This document shows, piece after piece, positions 1-13,900 of a DNA stretch of 64,000 nucleotides. Origin of the DNA: Eledone cirrhosa (lineage: Eukaryota); assembly GCA_964016885.1 (NCBI GenBank), contig OZ024746.1, forward strand, positions 70,246,001 to 70,310,000. Direction: 5' to 3'. A model generated the notes under the pieces. That model ran no database searches. It was not told the DNA's origin and was given only the letters and a program-made list of their open reading frames with translations. Position 1 is the first letter of the stretch. Each line of letters begins with the position of its first letter. The position numbers and the translations under genes are program-made.

Positions 1-1169
1 AGATGAGTTAATGACCAACAGCTTCTCTAGTACTGGTGCCTTGATAAAATGCACATAGTACTCTTTGTTAAATGGTTGGTGGTGGGTAGGACATCAGCTG
101 TAGAAATTATGCCAAACAAAGAATTGGGAGGACTCTTCAGTTATGTCAAGGAGACGATAAACTCTGTAATGCCAGAGTCATGGTAAAACGCACCCAGTAC
201 ATTCTGTAAAATCGTTGGGGTTAAGAAGGGCATCCAGTTGTTGAAACCATGCCAAAACTGGAACGTATCTGAAACCATCGACTCCTTCATAGAATCTTTG
301 ACTCCCAGTGACCTCGGGCAACTTTAAAAACTAAATAAATCAGTTAACAGAATATAAAATAAATAAACAATACACTGGTTATATATAAATCACAAACTTG
401 AATAAACAAGTTGTATTTTATTGTAGTATTAGATATATTTTTATTTCTTATATAAATGTCAGGTTTTGGTGCAAAAGTTCAATCAACCCCCTTCATAGTC
501 TCTTTGAACCCACGGGTTCGATATTGACCATTATTAAGGTACCTGATTAAGCTAAAGAATTTTTGTCACAGAATTTAACCGTGAATTAGTTATAAATTCA
601 AGGTAGATAACCCCGACTAACATAATCTTTAGTCATCAATGTTTTTCAAGTAATCTTTAAAATAATCAAGTATTTAAAGGGATTTAGTAATATAACTAAC
701 TCTCTCCATACAGGTGTTTGGAACATCACTAAACAAAGGTTTTTAAATAGATATAAACAAGCCTATATCATAGAACTAGGGGCTGATTTGGTATCAAAAC
801 AGATGTAGTTTCCTACATTATAAACTAGATTTGTCTGAATTACAAAATATATTTTGTTATTTATATTGTGTCTCCTTCACAATACTACTTTATAAAAATT
901 TGAATTAACAATCAATTTTGTGAGTCTTCTTTTCCCCACATTTCCATATATTTTTATATAGAAATAATAGTTATCACATTAATATGCTAGCAGAAAAAAC
1001 AACTCTATTTTACCAATATGAATTGATAAATCTTGCTGCAGTTATGTCCCTTGAATGTGGAAATTTGTTTCTAATTCTTCTATTGAACAGGGAATAATTT
1101 GCATTTTGAGAGGTAGTTATTGGTTGGCTTAGATTTGTTCATTATCATTATCCTCACGATTGTTTTTAC

Positions 1170-1745
1170 ATCCGTTTTTCCACACTTGCATGGGTTGGAT
1201 GGGTTCTTCTCAGCACAGCATCTCTCCACATGCCGTGTTTCTTTGTCATCTCCTCTGAGTCTCAGTGATTTGAGGTCAGCTCTAACCACACATGCCCAGG
1301 TCCTTCTCAGTTTACCTCTACTGCAGCTTCCTTCCACTGGTATTTCCTGGCATGTCTTTAACCATCGATCATCATCCATGCACATCACATGTCTGCACCA
1401 ATGCAGTCTTCTCTCCTGCACACCACCTCGGATTCCTCTTAAACCTAGCTTCTTCCTCAGTTCATCCAAGCTCTGCTTTTCTTTTATGGATTAGGCTATA
1501 AGGAACAAATCATCTGCATAGAGAAGTACCCATAGACAGCCAGTTTTAAAGGCCCCTGTTATGGCCAGAACTATGATGAACAGTAGTGGGCTAAGAGTCA
1601 AACCTTGAACTCCTACCTGTACCTTGAATTCCTCGCTAAACTCACTTTGTACTCTCACTTAACTGACATCTCATCTGTACATGGCTTGCACTGCTCTCAC
1701 AAGCCATTCTTCTACACCTAATTTCCTTAAGGACCACCCGATAAT
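1170..1745 (-). mobile_element. Degenerate LINE (RTE-like) RT 3' fragment
   Basis: RRLHWCRHV...EGSCSRGKLRRTW tail; upstream VQGLTLSPLLFI and LLYADDL remnants. Confidence 0.7.
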
Positions 1746-2223
1746 AGATTGAGGTATTCATTTATCTTTTTATTTATGTTGGTGAATTGTATGAGAAAAA
1801 GCTTCTTATATATATTGTAGTATCATACCTCTGGTTTTTCTCTTGATAGAATATGTTGGTGTAGTGTTAACATAGCTAAGACAGGTATAGAATGTTTTTC
1901 CCTTAAATTAAGTTTATTGTAGGTGTAATATGTTTTGTTTTGGAAGGTTTAATAAATTGTCTGCATTAATCTTTGGTATTTTGTCTACGCTGTATCCTTT
2001 GTTAGTAAAGAGATGATATAATGTTTAAAGTGTTAGCTTTAGATTATTAATTAATTATGTTAAACATTGTGTTTATCTAGCTGAGTAATTGTATGTTGTG
2101 CAGTAGGTCTTGCTTGGTTTTAGTTTGTTGTATTCATTTATTTTTATTTTGATGTTGGGTGGGGTCATGAAAGAACAAATATTATATATATATATATATA
2201 TATCATCACAGTTTAATGGCTAT

Positions 2224-2271
<48 letters not shown>

Positions 2272-2779
2272 ATATATATATATATATAACAGCTCTGTAT
2301 GGGCAAGACACGGCCACCACCTGATCTGACATGCCTCAAATGAGACAACCTGTCTAACTCATGCTAGCATGGAAAATAGACATTAAATGATGATGATATA
2401 TGTATATCTATAATAATTTATACTCATACTCATACCTTAATTAAATTGAGTCGACAAACCCTACTTACGTTAAGTTATCAGTTTGACAAGTAACTTTACA
2501 CTGCACCGGTAATTACCTCCTTTAGATCACAATCACCTTTCCTCCATTTTTCTATACTTAAAAATGCATTCCAATGTTAAAGTATTATTCTACCCGTACA
2601 GGGTATTTTATTAAAAACTTTGCCTTTGTATCTGCCTCAGAAGAGCCCTTACATATGTTTCGCCCAACGGATATATATATATCATCATCATCATCATTTA
2701 ACCTCCATCTTCCACGATAGCATGGATCTGGACGGGAATTGTCCCACTTGAGGCAAGATTGGTTGTCTTGCTCGGGACT

Positions 2780-3197
2780 GTCTGGCGGGTTTTCTACGGC
2801 TGGATGCCCTTCCTAACACCAACCACGTTTACGGTGTGGACTGGGAGGTTTTTACTGTGTTACTTACACGGCCACATTACAGCGTGGACTGTGTGTTTTT
2901 TTGTCGTGACACCTACACGTCTGGCGGGTTTTCTACGGCTGGGTGCCCTTCCCAACACCAACCACGTTTACGGTGTGGACTGGGAGGTTTTTACTGTGTT
3001 ACTTACACGGCCACATTACAGCGTGGACTGTGTGTTTTTTTGTCGTGACACCTACACGTCTGGCGGGTTTTCTACGGCTGGATGCCCTTCCCAACACCAA
3101 CCACGTTTACGGTGTGGACTGGGAGGTTTTTACTGTGTTACTTACACGGCCACATTACAGCGTGGACTGTGTGTTTTTTGTCGTGACACCTACACGA
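2780..3197. repeat. 139-bp tandem repeat x3, derived from an interspersed repeat
   Basis: gtctggcgggttttctacggctgg at 2780, 2919 and 3058. Confidence 0.95.
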
Positions 3198-3298
3198 CCT
3201 CATTTATTTAGGACTGGATGTTGTGGTACCAACATAGCTTTACATCAAAAAGGGTGGTGTAAGATGGCGGTGGAGGTAGGGGTAGTGGGACGGGGGTG

Positions 3299-3334
<36 letters not shown>

Positions 3335-3529
3335 AACAACATTAATGTATATATAGACATATACAGAAGAGAGAGATAAAGGTAATAACTTACTATATAT
3401 ATATATATATACATATATAATTTTGAGTATGTGTTGGTTGTTTATCGACACTTCAGTATGCATGCAGGTTGGAGCACTCAATGAAGTGTGCAGGTTGGTC
3501 TGTTTACTCCGGAGTAATGTAAAAACAAA

Positions 3530-4612
3530 TGTAAGTCAACAGGGTAAAATTAGCATTGTTTATTCATATTCGCTGCTATATATATTTCAGTGATAGTCCT
3601 CTAAGGAACTGAAAGCATATGCTTTCAGTTCCTTAGAGAACTAACACCACACCCTGGATCTGAGCATATCAATGAATTAACAAGGTAAAATCTATTACAA
3701 CATTATGTTTTCCTATTTTTTTCTGTTCAAGTTCTTACTGCCTGCTGAAGTCACAGCTATTGAATAATGGCTATTATAACGGCAGCGGAGATTCGAAACC
3801 GAATCTGAGCTTTCCCGCTTCTGGGACAAGTCGTAGTTAGTTGTTTACGCCTGGCAGACCAACCCTTTGGGAGATGCTAACCACAGGTCAGATGTTGTTT
3901 ACGCCTGGCAGAAACGAGGTCAGATGATATATCCATCCTTCTAACTTCAACCGTTATAAATACAAGGGTTGTTTACGCCCGGCAGACCAATCTCTTGGGA
4001 GATGTTAACCACAGGTCAGATGATATATCCATCCTTCTAAGTTCAACAAAGTTATAAATACGAGGATTTGTTTACGCCCAGCAGTGAGACTACAGAGAAG
4101 ACAGTAAGTATTTACCGACGCTCCCTTCACGAAAAACCAGTCTGTCCACTAATTTCTCACACGCCACTCCCGCCTGGCTGATTGAATCCTACTACTGCTA
4201 AGACAAGAAAGTATACTAATACGCACACACGCACACATAGTAAGTTCACACTGCTTGCATTTTTACACGCACCATTTCTGTCTGTCATATTGTATCCTTC
4301 AGATGCAATACAAATTATATTATAATTGTATTCTGTGATGCTTGTATTTACGTGGCTCGAGGAGCCACCAACTTATTGTACAAATATTTCATGTTATAGA
4401 TTTTATCATTCAATATTCAAATTGAATATTGTTATAATAAAATAAACATTATAACAACACAATCCTGGTATTATTCTTTGCATTGAAACCATCATACCAA
4501 CAATTCGATCTATCCGTTACAACTGAATTCCACTTATTCGTTACACTATCACTGAAATATATATTGCAGCAAATATGAATAAACAAAGCTAATTTTACCC
4601 TGTTGACTTACA
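3530..4612. mobile_element. Non-autonomous TIR element (TGT...ACA ends, 68-bp terminal inverted repeats)
   Basis: 3530-3597 is the reverse complement of 4545-4612 (3 mismatches); internal direct repeats gttgtttacgcc.ggcaga; no clear TSD. Confidence 0.75.
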
Positions 4613-6363
4613 CTTCTTGTAGAGAGAAGTGCACATAGAGCCCAGAATCTGTTCCTTGAACTCGTTAAATCATGGGGGATGATTGTGGATCTTTAACTCC
4701 ACTTTGTAATTTGATTAATATATATATATATCATCATCATTTCATTTTACGTCCGCTTTTTCCCTGCTTGCAAGGGTGGGATGGGAACTGATTGTGGCTC
4801 GATTTCTACAGCTGGATGCCCTTCCTAACACCAACCTCATTTACAGTGAGTGCTGGGTGCTTTTTTGCCGTGGCACCTCCATGACCACTTTACAGTGGAA
4901 TGATATGGAACCCAATCCCTATCATCTCATTTCTACAGCTGAGTAAACTGGAGCAATGTGAAATAAAGTGTCTTGCTCAAGGAAACAATACATCACTCGG
5001 TCTGAGAATTGAACTCACAACCTTTCGATTGCAAGGCCAATGCTCTAACCACTAAGCCATGTGCCTCCATAACATATATATATATATATAAGCTTTCGCC
5101 ATATTTTTTACTAAAGAAATTTTGGCCTGATAGTGGGGTTTAGAACCCTCTAAGAGATGGAAAAAGATGAGCAGTAAAGTGCATATACGTCAATGCTCAT
5201 CTTCACAAAAATAGGGTGAAAGCTTCTATTTCTATTTTCAAACTCGTTCACTGTTTCAAAACAATCATATATATATATATTATAAAATACTTTAAGAAAC
5301 AAAAATCTGGTTTAACTACAAATTTTGTTTTTATATTTAATTCATTTTATTTAAAGAAGGAATTGATGAAATTACAACATAATAAACCAGTATTTTATTA
5401 ACAAATAAAATTCTGTTATCATAGGTGAAAATTAATGTCAAACTAGTTTCTGTGTATTCATGCTATTAATTACCAGATATTTTCACAGGAAATAAGTTTG
5501 GCCTTTGACACTCAACAACAAAATGAAATATTAATTGTAAGGAAAAAGACAAAGAGACATTCAATTTTTTTCTTCTTTCTAACACTGCTTTTAAAAAGCA
5601 ACAAATCAAGTATGTATGTATCTATGTATGTATGGCCCTCGAATCACTGGTATAACTTCAGAGATTATATATATATGATGATGATATGTGTATCCATATG
5701 CTTGCATTTGCAAACTCAAGGAAAAGTAGTCAATACCAAAATAATGTATATTGTATGATATTTTAAATAATTATATTACTGAGATTACTCTCTATTGCTA
5801 TTCTGAGTTTCGTGATTAACTGCTGATCACACAACTGAGCAGAATTTTAAATTGCACAGTATATATATATATATATATATATTGGTTTCTGATTTAGGCA
5901 CAAGGCCAAAAACTTTGGGGAAGGGAAAGTCGATTAAATCGACCTAGTGTATTACTGGTACTTTATTTTATCGGCCCCATGATGAGGATGAAAGGCAAAG
6001 TTAACCTCAATAGGATTTGAACTCAGATCATAAAGGGGCGTAACTCTATGCCATCAAGCATGCTGTTCGACGCTCCACCAATACTGCCAATCCACTGCCC
6101 TTATATATATATATTGAAGCCAGAGCTTATCCCAGTTTTACTGGTGTTAAGCAACTGAGCATACAAATGGACAGGATACCAGTCTGTCTCAGGATTAACC
6201 CTTGTAACTCCTGCTCATACTCAATTATATTTATCAGCTGAGTTGACTAAAACAATATGAAATGAAGTGTCTCACCTAAGGACACAATATGCCACTCAGT
6301 CAAAGAATTAAACCTATGAACTTATGACCATGAGCTCAAAACCCTAACCACTAGACCACACAC

Positions 6364-6424
<61 letters not shown>

Positions 6425-6551
6425 CATCATCATTTAACATCTATACATCTATTTTTCCATGCTTGCTTGGATTAGATGAGACAAGTCAGGTCCAGAAAAC
6501 ATGTCTTACACATATGGGTCTGTATTTTAGCTTGGTTTCTACAGCTGGATG

Positions 6552-6588
<37 letters not shown>

Positions 6589-8278
6589 TACTGTTAAAAG
6601 ATTTATTAAAAGAGAAGATTATAATCACTTTATGTTTGTAGATATTTGATATGAACTATATTTTCTATTCAAAACATAGCATTTGGAAAGAAAATACCCA
6701 CATAAGGCTCTTTAACTGAACATTTTTTTAGATAGCCCATAAAATATTTTCAAACTAATGTTAATCAACTTTCCTATCACTCTTTCTGTTACCTATGTAA
6801 CATGGTCCAACAATTTGATGCTTCTGTAATTCCCCTCTCTGTCTCCTTTACCTTTGTAGCAAATGAAAATGATGTTGGTATGCCAGTCATTGGGGATAGC
6901 AGCTTCCAGTACTACCTGGTTTATTTACTATCTTAATGACTAGCCTGCGCCCTACTCAGCTGGATAGTTTAATCATCTCAACGACAATCCATGATGGATC
7001 AGTTGTACTCTCTATCATATCCTTAATCACCATATCTACCATCCTGTTGTCAACTTTAATGGTTGCTTCATCAGATTTGTTTATTTGAGATAAACCGTCA
7101 CTCTACACATTCAGCAACATCTTGCAGTAAGACTTCTATATATCTTTCTTTTCAGCATTAGTAACGCTAAGTGTAAAAATGTCAGCAGTTCTTTATCATG
7201 TAAGTAATTAGTATCATTTGGAACTTTCCAATAAAATTCAGCAGAGAATTTTATATTTAAATATTTATTTAATGATTAATATTAAACAATATGTAACATA
7301 GCTGGTTCTCTGAATAACAGATACAATCCATCCAACAGGCCTCCATACATTTGCCACCCACCGTATTTCATGCACAAACTTGGGCTAACTTGAGGCTATA
7401 GTAAGACTCCTCATGATAGTGAAGCAATTTTCTTAATCACTCAGCTATGCTTGTATCTACTGCAGTAATCTCAGAATATTTCTCAGGCTTTCTCCTTGTA
7501 GGTGTGAAAGTGAGGTATTTAGGGAATAGACAAACCACTAGAAACCATCCTGGTTTTATGATACTAAACTGCCCTTTTGGAAGTGTTCATATTTCTAATA
7601 AAAATTTCTATCATAATTTGATGTAAGAACTCTTTCTTTAGTTAATTATAAATGTTGGCTTAATAATGAGATATGTACTACTGCTAAATGGGCTAGTTAA
7701 TTATAACTATGTTATATGTATTGTGATGATAACTTTCACACCAGGAAATATATAATAAATATATAAAGTGAAGTTAGCAGTTTTTGTGTTTTACATGGAA
7801 AAAAAATAACTCTTCTATGTAATAATTGTTTTAGTTTCAACACACAGTCTCAGATCAAGTCACTTGCCAAACAAGTACAACTCCAAAAGTTAAGGTTAGG
7901 CATTTAGAAAAATAATTATTTCATCTTAAGAAGATATTTTTTTTCTTTCTTATTTAGAAAAGATAATTATTGATAAATAGGTAGAAAGAAGAGGAAAAAG
8001 ATGAAATCTTTCTCATATGAAAATGTTCATTGCCACAAAGTACTCAATGTCTGCTATCTAACATATTTGAAACAAAATAATAAATAAAAAACAACAAAAA
8101 AAAAACAATGTAAAAATGAAACAAATTTTGATTGTAGGGCAATGGGGGGTATCAAATCAAGGTAAAATATGTCAAAAAATATTCCAAAATAAAGATTATT
8201 TCTCAAAGAGACAATTGAAATCTTTTTTTTTTTTTTGAAACAACAATTTCAAAGAAGAAGAGATTAAAAAACTTATAA

Positions 8279-8689
8279 TCATGTCCTGCTTCTGTGTGGG
8301 ACGGGAATAAAAGAAGGCTCTGAAATAGTGAGAGCACTTTTGGGTGTGTAGATACCGACTTTAGCGGGAAATCTCTGGCCAGAAATATCAATTTCGTATT
8401 TAGCATTTTTGTCCAGAATATATTCATTAAGATTCTTCATGATAGATGGTTGATATTTGTCATCAAATTTAGAGACATAACCCAGACATAACATCTGCTC
8501 TAAAGTAAAACCATATCCACTTGATGTTGTTTCACCGACATACTCACCATTCCTATAGATTGGCTCTCCACCCCATGGCCAAATATCTGTATCAATATTG
8601 TGATCTTCAAGTAAGAAATGCACCAGTTTCTGTTTTACACCTTCCTTATGTTGTTGCAACAGAGCATCTTTTCCAATGAAGTCTCCTTT
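8279..8689 (-). CDS. PDPR: PDPR exon 17 (last coding exon)
   Basis: [13 protein letters not shown]...[26 protein letters not shown]...HRSRT*. Confidence 0.9.
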   Translation of the reverse strand, partial: KGDFIGKDALLQQHKEGVKQKLVHFLLEDHNIDTDIWPWGGEPIYRNGEYVGETTSSGYGFTLEQMLCLGYVSKFDDKYQPSIMKNLNEYILDKNAKYEIDISGQRFPAKVGIYTPKSALTISEPSFIPVPHRSRT

Positions 8690-10927
8690 CTGTGAAACAA
8701 AAAAGCAGCAAAACAATATCAGAACTAGAAGGTATAAGAAAAAAATTTTAAGTTCTCATCATCATATGTCCACTTTCCCTGGTTGGAAGGATTGCCACCA
8801 TCTGGGGAGTCAAGGAAGGGTTATCAAGGTCTAAAGAGTCACGTCTTACTTATGCATTCCATATTTGGCATGATTTTTACCACTGAATGCCCTTCCTAAT
8901 GTCAACCACTTTACAGAGTGTGTTGTGTGTATTTTATCATAACATCAGCACTACAACTTTACAGAGTGTGCTATGCGCATTTTATTTTCAATGAAATATA
9001 AATTAATTATTAAACTTAGAATAAGTACAAGGTATCCCTGCATGTTGTAAAGGGATGTATGGCCTTTACTATTGCTTTCTAACAATATAGTGACTAATTT
9101 ATCATCATCATCAACATTTCACATCAGTTTGTCTATACTGATATAGGTTAGACAGGTTGTCACAGCCAAAGTCAGTATTTAATTGGAGCTTCTGTCCTCA
9201 CAAGCAGGTTTCTGGCTAATGTCTGGCTTACATACATTCCAGTTTTAGCACGGTTTCTACAGCTGGTTACCCTTCTCATCGTTAACTAATTTACAAAGTG
9301 AATTGGGTGCATTTTATCATGGAACCAGAATTAGGGTGGTTGTCATGTCCTTGACACAATTAAGAGTCCTCCTGACCTTTTGTTTATATAAAAATATTTT
9401 TTAAAAACATGGTGTCATGACAAAAAGCACCCAGTCCACACTGTAAAGCAGTTTTGTAGGAGTCATGATAAAAAGTGCCCAGACCACATTGTAAAGTGGT
9501 CGTGTAGGTAACACGGCAAAAAGCACCCAGTACACACTGTAGATGTGGTTCACATTAGGAAGGGCAACCAGCCATAGAAACCAAGCCAAAATCAGTTCTG
9601 CATGAGCAAAACACAGTCCTCTGACCTGGTTTTCTTTCAACGGGACAGCACGTCCTACCCATGCTAGCGTGAAAAATGGACATTAAACAATAATGATGAT
9701 GATGGCAATGGAGGGATCCTGAGAAATAAGATTAATAGATAATTTCCTGATAAAAGGATACTGATCACATGTTAAAGTAGCATCATAATTTTTTGTAATA
9801 AACTTTTCTAAGATATGTTCCAAACACCATCTTAATGAGTAAGTTACTTATATTAATAAATCCCTCCAAATTTGTGTGTTTCATTAGAAAAGGTTGACAC
9901 ATCAGCTTCAGCAGCTATAGTTTATAGACTTGATATAATAATACTGTTAATATGAACAATGGTCTCAAATTTAGGCACAGGTCAACAATTTGAGTGGAGG
10001 GGAAAGTCAATTATATCAACCACAGTACTTGACTAGTATTATGTATGCGCTAGATTGGTAGAAGGTCGGACGCCATGCTTTGCAGCATAGAGTTACGGCC
10101 CTTTGGAGTCTGATTTCCAAATCCCACCGAGGTCAACTTTGCCTTTCATCCTTACAGGGTCGATAAAATAAAGTACCAGTAATGCACTGGGGTAATTGCT
10201 GGCCTTGTGCCTAATGTAGAAACAATTCTATCTTATTGACATTGAAAAGGTGAAAAGCAAACTTGACTTCAGTGGGATTTGAACTCTGAATGTAAAGAGC
10301 TGCAACTAAAAGCTGCTAAGTATTTTCTCTGATGTTCTAATGATTCTACCATTGTTAATATGAATAATGCTCACGCCATGCTTTCCAGCATAGTTACGTC
10401 CCTTTACGATCTGAGTTCAAATCCCGCCGAGGTTGACTTTGCCTTTCATCCTTACGGGGTCGATAAAATAAAGTACCAGTAATGCACTGGGGTAATTGCT
10501 GGCCTTGTGCCTAAAGTAGAAACAAATATTCTAGTTAACTTACATTAAACTTGACACGGAATTCTCGACCACATTCAAAAGGTGTAGTAATGGGAGTTAA
10601 ATCAACTCCCCAGCTTGCAAAAAATTTCTCTACTCTTAATTCTTTCATGCAATTGAAACCAACATTACGAATTCCATAGTCAACACCTGCACGTATTAAT
10701 GTATCATAAACATGGAGGGCATACTGAAAAGAGAAAAACAACCCAATTAAAATAAACTATATTCACTGCTCTACAATACATACAATACATTACATATTAA
10801 TAGATAACTCATTGATTTATTGAGTGAATAATTATTATTTTGTTTCTTCATCAAATAGCAATAAAGTTATGTTTGTGGTTCAGACAACATATGTTAAATG
10901 ATGATGATGATGGTGATGATACATATA

Positions 10928-10987
<60 letters not shown>

Positions 10988-13900
10988 AGAAATAGGATTT
11001 CACTTCAAGCATAGCTTTATACAATATATATAGAAATCTCGTATTTCTTTCAAAATACGATTTTAGGAAGCCGTAGCTATGCAAACACCGAATGGGGTGG
11101 GGGGTGTGGGGAGGGGGGGGGGGGTACAACGCCTCTGGTGTTGTCCAGCAGAAGCAAAGGGGGACAACTGTCTATGCATTTCAGGCTTGACTGGCGATCG
11201 TCAGGATGATCCTTCCCACTGCTCTGCAACTGCTGGACTCGAAAACAGCCGAGAACATATAGTTTTCTCGTCTGTGTAAATGAGGTGACTAATCTTATTT
11301 GCATATGAAGCTGCATAAGTTGGCTCAACTTATAATAGAAAAGAAATAGGATCTCAACACTGCTATCGGAGTGGAGTTGGCTACCCGCAAGTGTGAGCCT
11401 TGCACGGTGGAGTGGCTCACACTTGCGGGTAGCCAACTGGGCCACGAGGTAGACTGTCTCTTATGATATGCTATGTTTTACAATACTTGGCAATGTTGGT
11501 ATACAGTAAAGCAGTGAAGGTAAGTAGCTTAATGGTTAAGGTGTTTAGCTTGTGTTCATAACACTGTGACTTTAATTCTCAGCGATACATTGTATTCTTG
11601 AGCAAGAGATGCTATTTCACATTGCTCCAGTTCATTCAGTTGACAAAACTAAGTTAATCCTATAATAATTTTCAATATAGTACAAAAAGGAATCTAATTA
11701 CACCTGACTTATGGAATTATTAGAATGTTTTACACTAGATTGGAGACATCTCATTGTTTGACAATAAAAGTCAATTTATAAAACAAAAATATCATTTATA
11801 TAACTAAAATTACTTCTTTTTTTTTCAGTTTTATAAAATGGTAAATTCTTACCTCAGCAGGGATATATAAAATGAATCCGTCTTCTCCAACATGAGTGAG
11901 ACGCATTGCTCGAATACCGCTTGCATAACCGACATCAACAACCTTCACAATAAAGCAAAAATAATATATGCATCGTCATGACTGTCATAATTAGTATTTT
12001 TTTACATCTACTTTTTCATGCTTGCAGGGGTTGGATGGGTTTTCCCTAGCATAATATCTCTCCATTTGTGATCACTCATCATTTCTTTTGTGAGATCAGT
12101 TTTTACCATTTCTGTCCATGTCATCCTTGGTATTTCTCTTCCACAGGTTCCTTCCATTTAGATTGCTTGGCACATCTTTACGTAATAGTCATTCTCCATG
12201 CATACAACATGTGTATGCCAGCATAATCTTCTCTATTTCATATTATCTATGATCTCACTTACATCCAGTTTTTCTTTCAGCTTATTTGTGCTTTGTTGTT
12301 CATGCACACAAAAATTGCACATCCAGTGGAGCATGCTTACTTTATTTCTGTCTAGTCTTCTCACATATTTTGTATTCTATGCTTAAGTTTTGTAACCATA
12401 TATCACATTTTGTCCACAAATATCATACAATCTACTCTTTGCACAAAGAAAAAATTCCTTTGTGACATCAAAAGTAATAGCTGTCTATCAGATATTTTTT
12501 TGAATCTTCTAAATATTTGAAAGAATACATTTCATAGATGTTCTAACTGCAAACGACTCCCGTCTGTCATAAAATTGCTACTCTTCTTGTGCATCCAAAG
12601 CTCACATTGAGTAGACTACAGAATTTCTACCTATTTCTTTTTTATATATGGAGCATGGCCACTTCCCAGATAGTTGCAGAGTCCTGTCTTCTTTTCTGAT
12701 AAATAAAACTTTTGTCTTTGCTTTATTTACTTTGAGGCCATTAGATTCTAGATCTTCCTTTCACATTTGAAATTTCTGCTCTAATTCCTTGACAAATCTA
12801 ACATCAGCATATGGGAGCTCCCATGGGTAGGTGGTCTTAAACTCCTCTCTCAGGAGAACTATAATAAACAGAATAGTGCTGAGAACTGAACCATTGTATA
12901 CTCTTAGCTCCATACTAAACTTCTCATTGAACTCATTGCCAACTCTTGCCTTGTTGACAACACCTCCATTGCATAGGTTGCATGGCTGTATACCCTCTAT
13001 ACATTGGTTGCATGGCTGTATACCCCATATACATAGGTTGCATGGCTGTATGCTCTCTGTACATAGGTTGCATGGCTGTATACTCTCTGTGTATAGGTTG
13101 CATGGTAGTATACCCAGTTTTCTTAGTAAAACCCAGACATTCCATACAGTGTATGGAACAGTAGAGTTTCCCACTTTGTAGTCACTGTACCTAGCATTCA
13201 ACTAAAACTAGGTATAGTAGCTTAATCTAAGGACTTCTCATATCGATGTGTGACTAGAAAGAGAGCATCAGTAATACCACATCTCAATACAAACTTATTT
13301 TCTGTTTAAATACTTACAAAAAAATATCTTTAGACATTTACCTTACAAGTCATGAATTTGAAGTCTGATTTTGTTGTGGAGGCTTCTGTAACTTCAGCAA
13401 GAAGTTCTTGTGCATGAGGACCAATCAGAGTAACTGCAGAATACATGGAAGTAACATCTCTAATCTGGATGGATCCATCTTTGGGAAGATGTCGTAACAA
13501 CCATGCCAAACTCTTTGTTTGCTGAGTAGTTGGTGAGATCAGGAAATAACTGAAGTGAAATCATAGAAATAATATATATACACTTTAATGACATCACTAA
13601 ACAGTACATCAGGATGCATAGGGTAAGGAAAAATGGAAATGCTTGTTATGGAAAAATTGAAAAGTTAGCTTCTGTTTTAGTAGGGAAAATGGCCATAAAA
13701 TGTTAGTTGTTGTATCAGTTGTCATAAAAATATTGATAAACAATAACATAGTCTTACTAATTTTCACTCAGCCGTGCCACACTGCAGTCATTTTCATAGC
13801 CCCCAAACTCATTCTGCATGCCGGTATTTACAACAGCGCCAACATCGAGGTCTACATCATTTGAACATAAATACTGTAAAAAGTTGGCAGCTTCTTGGTT

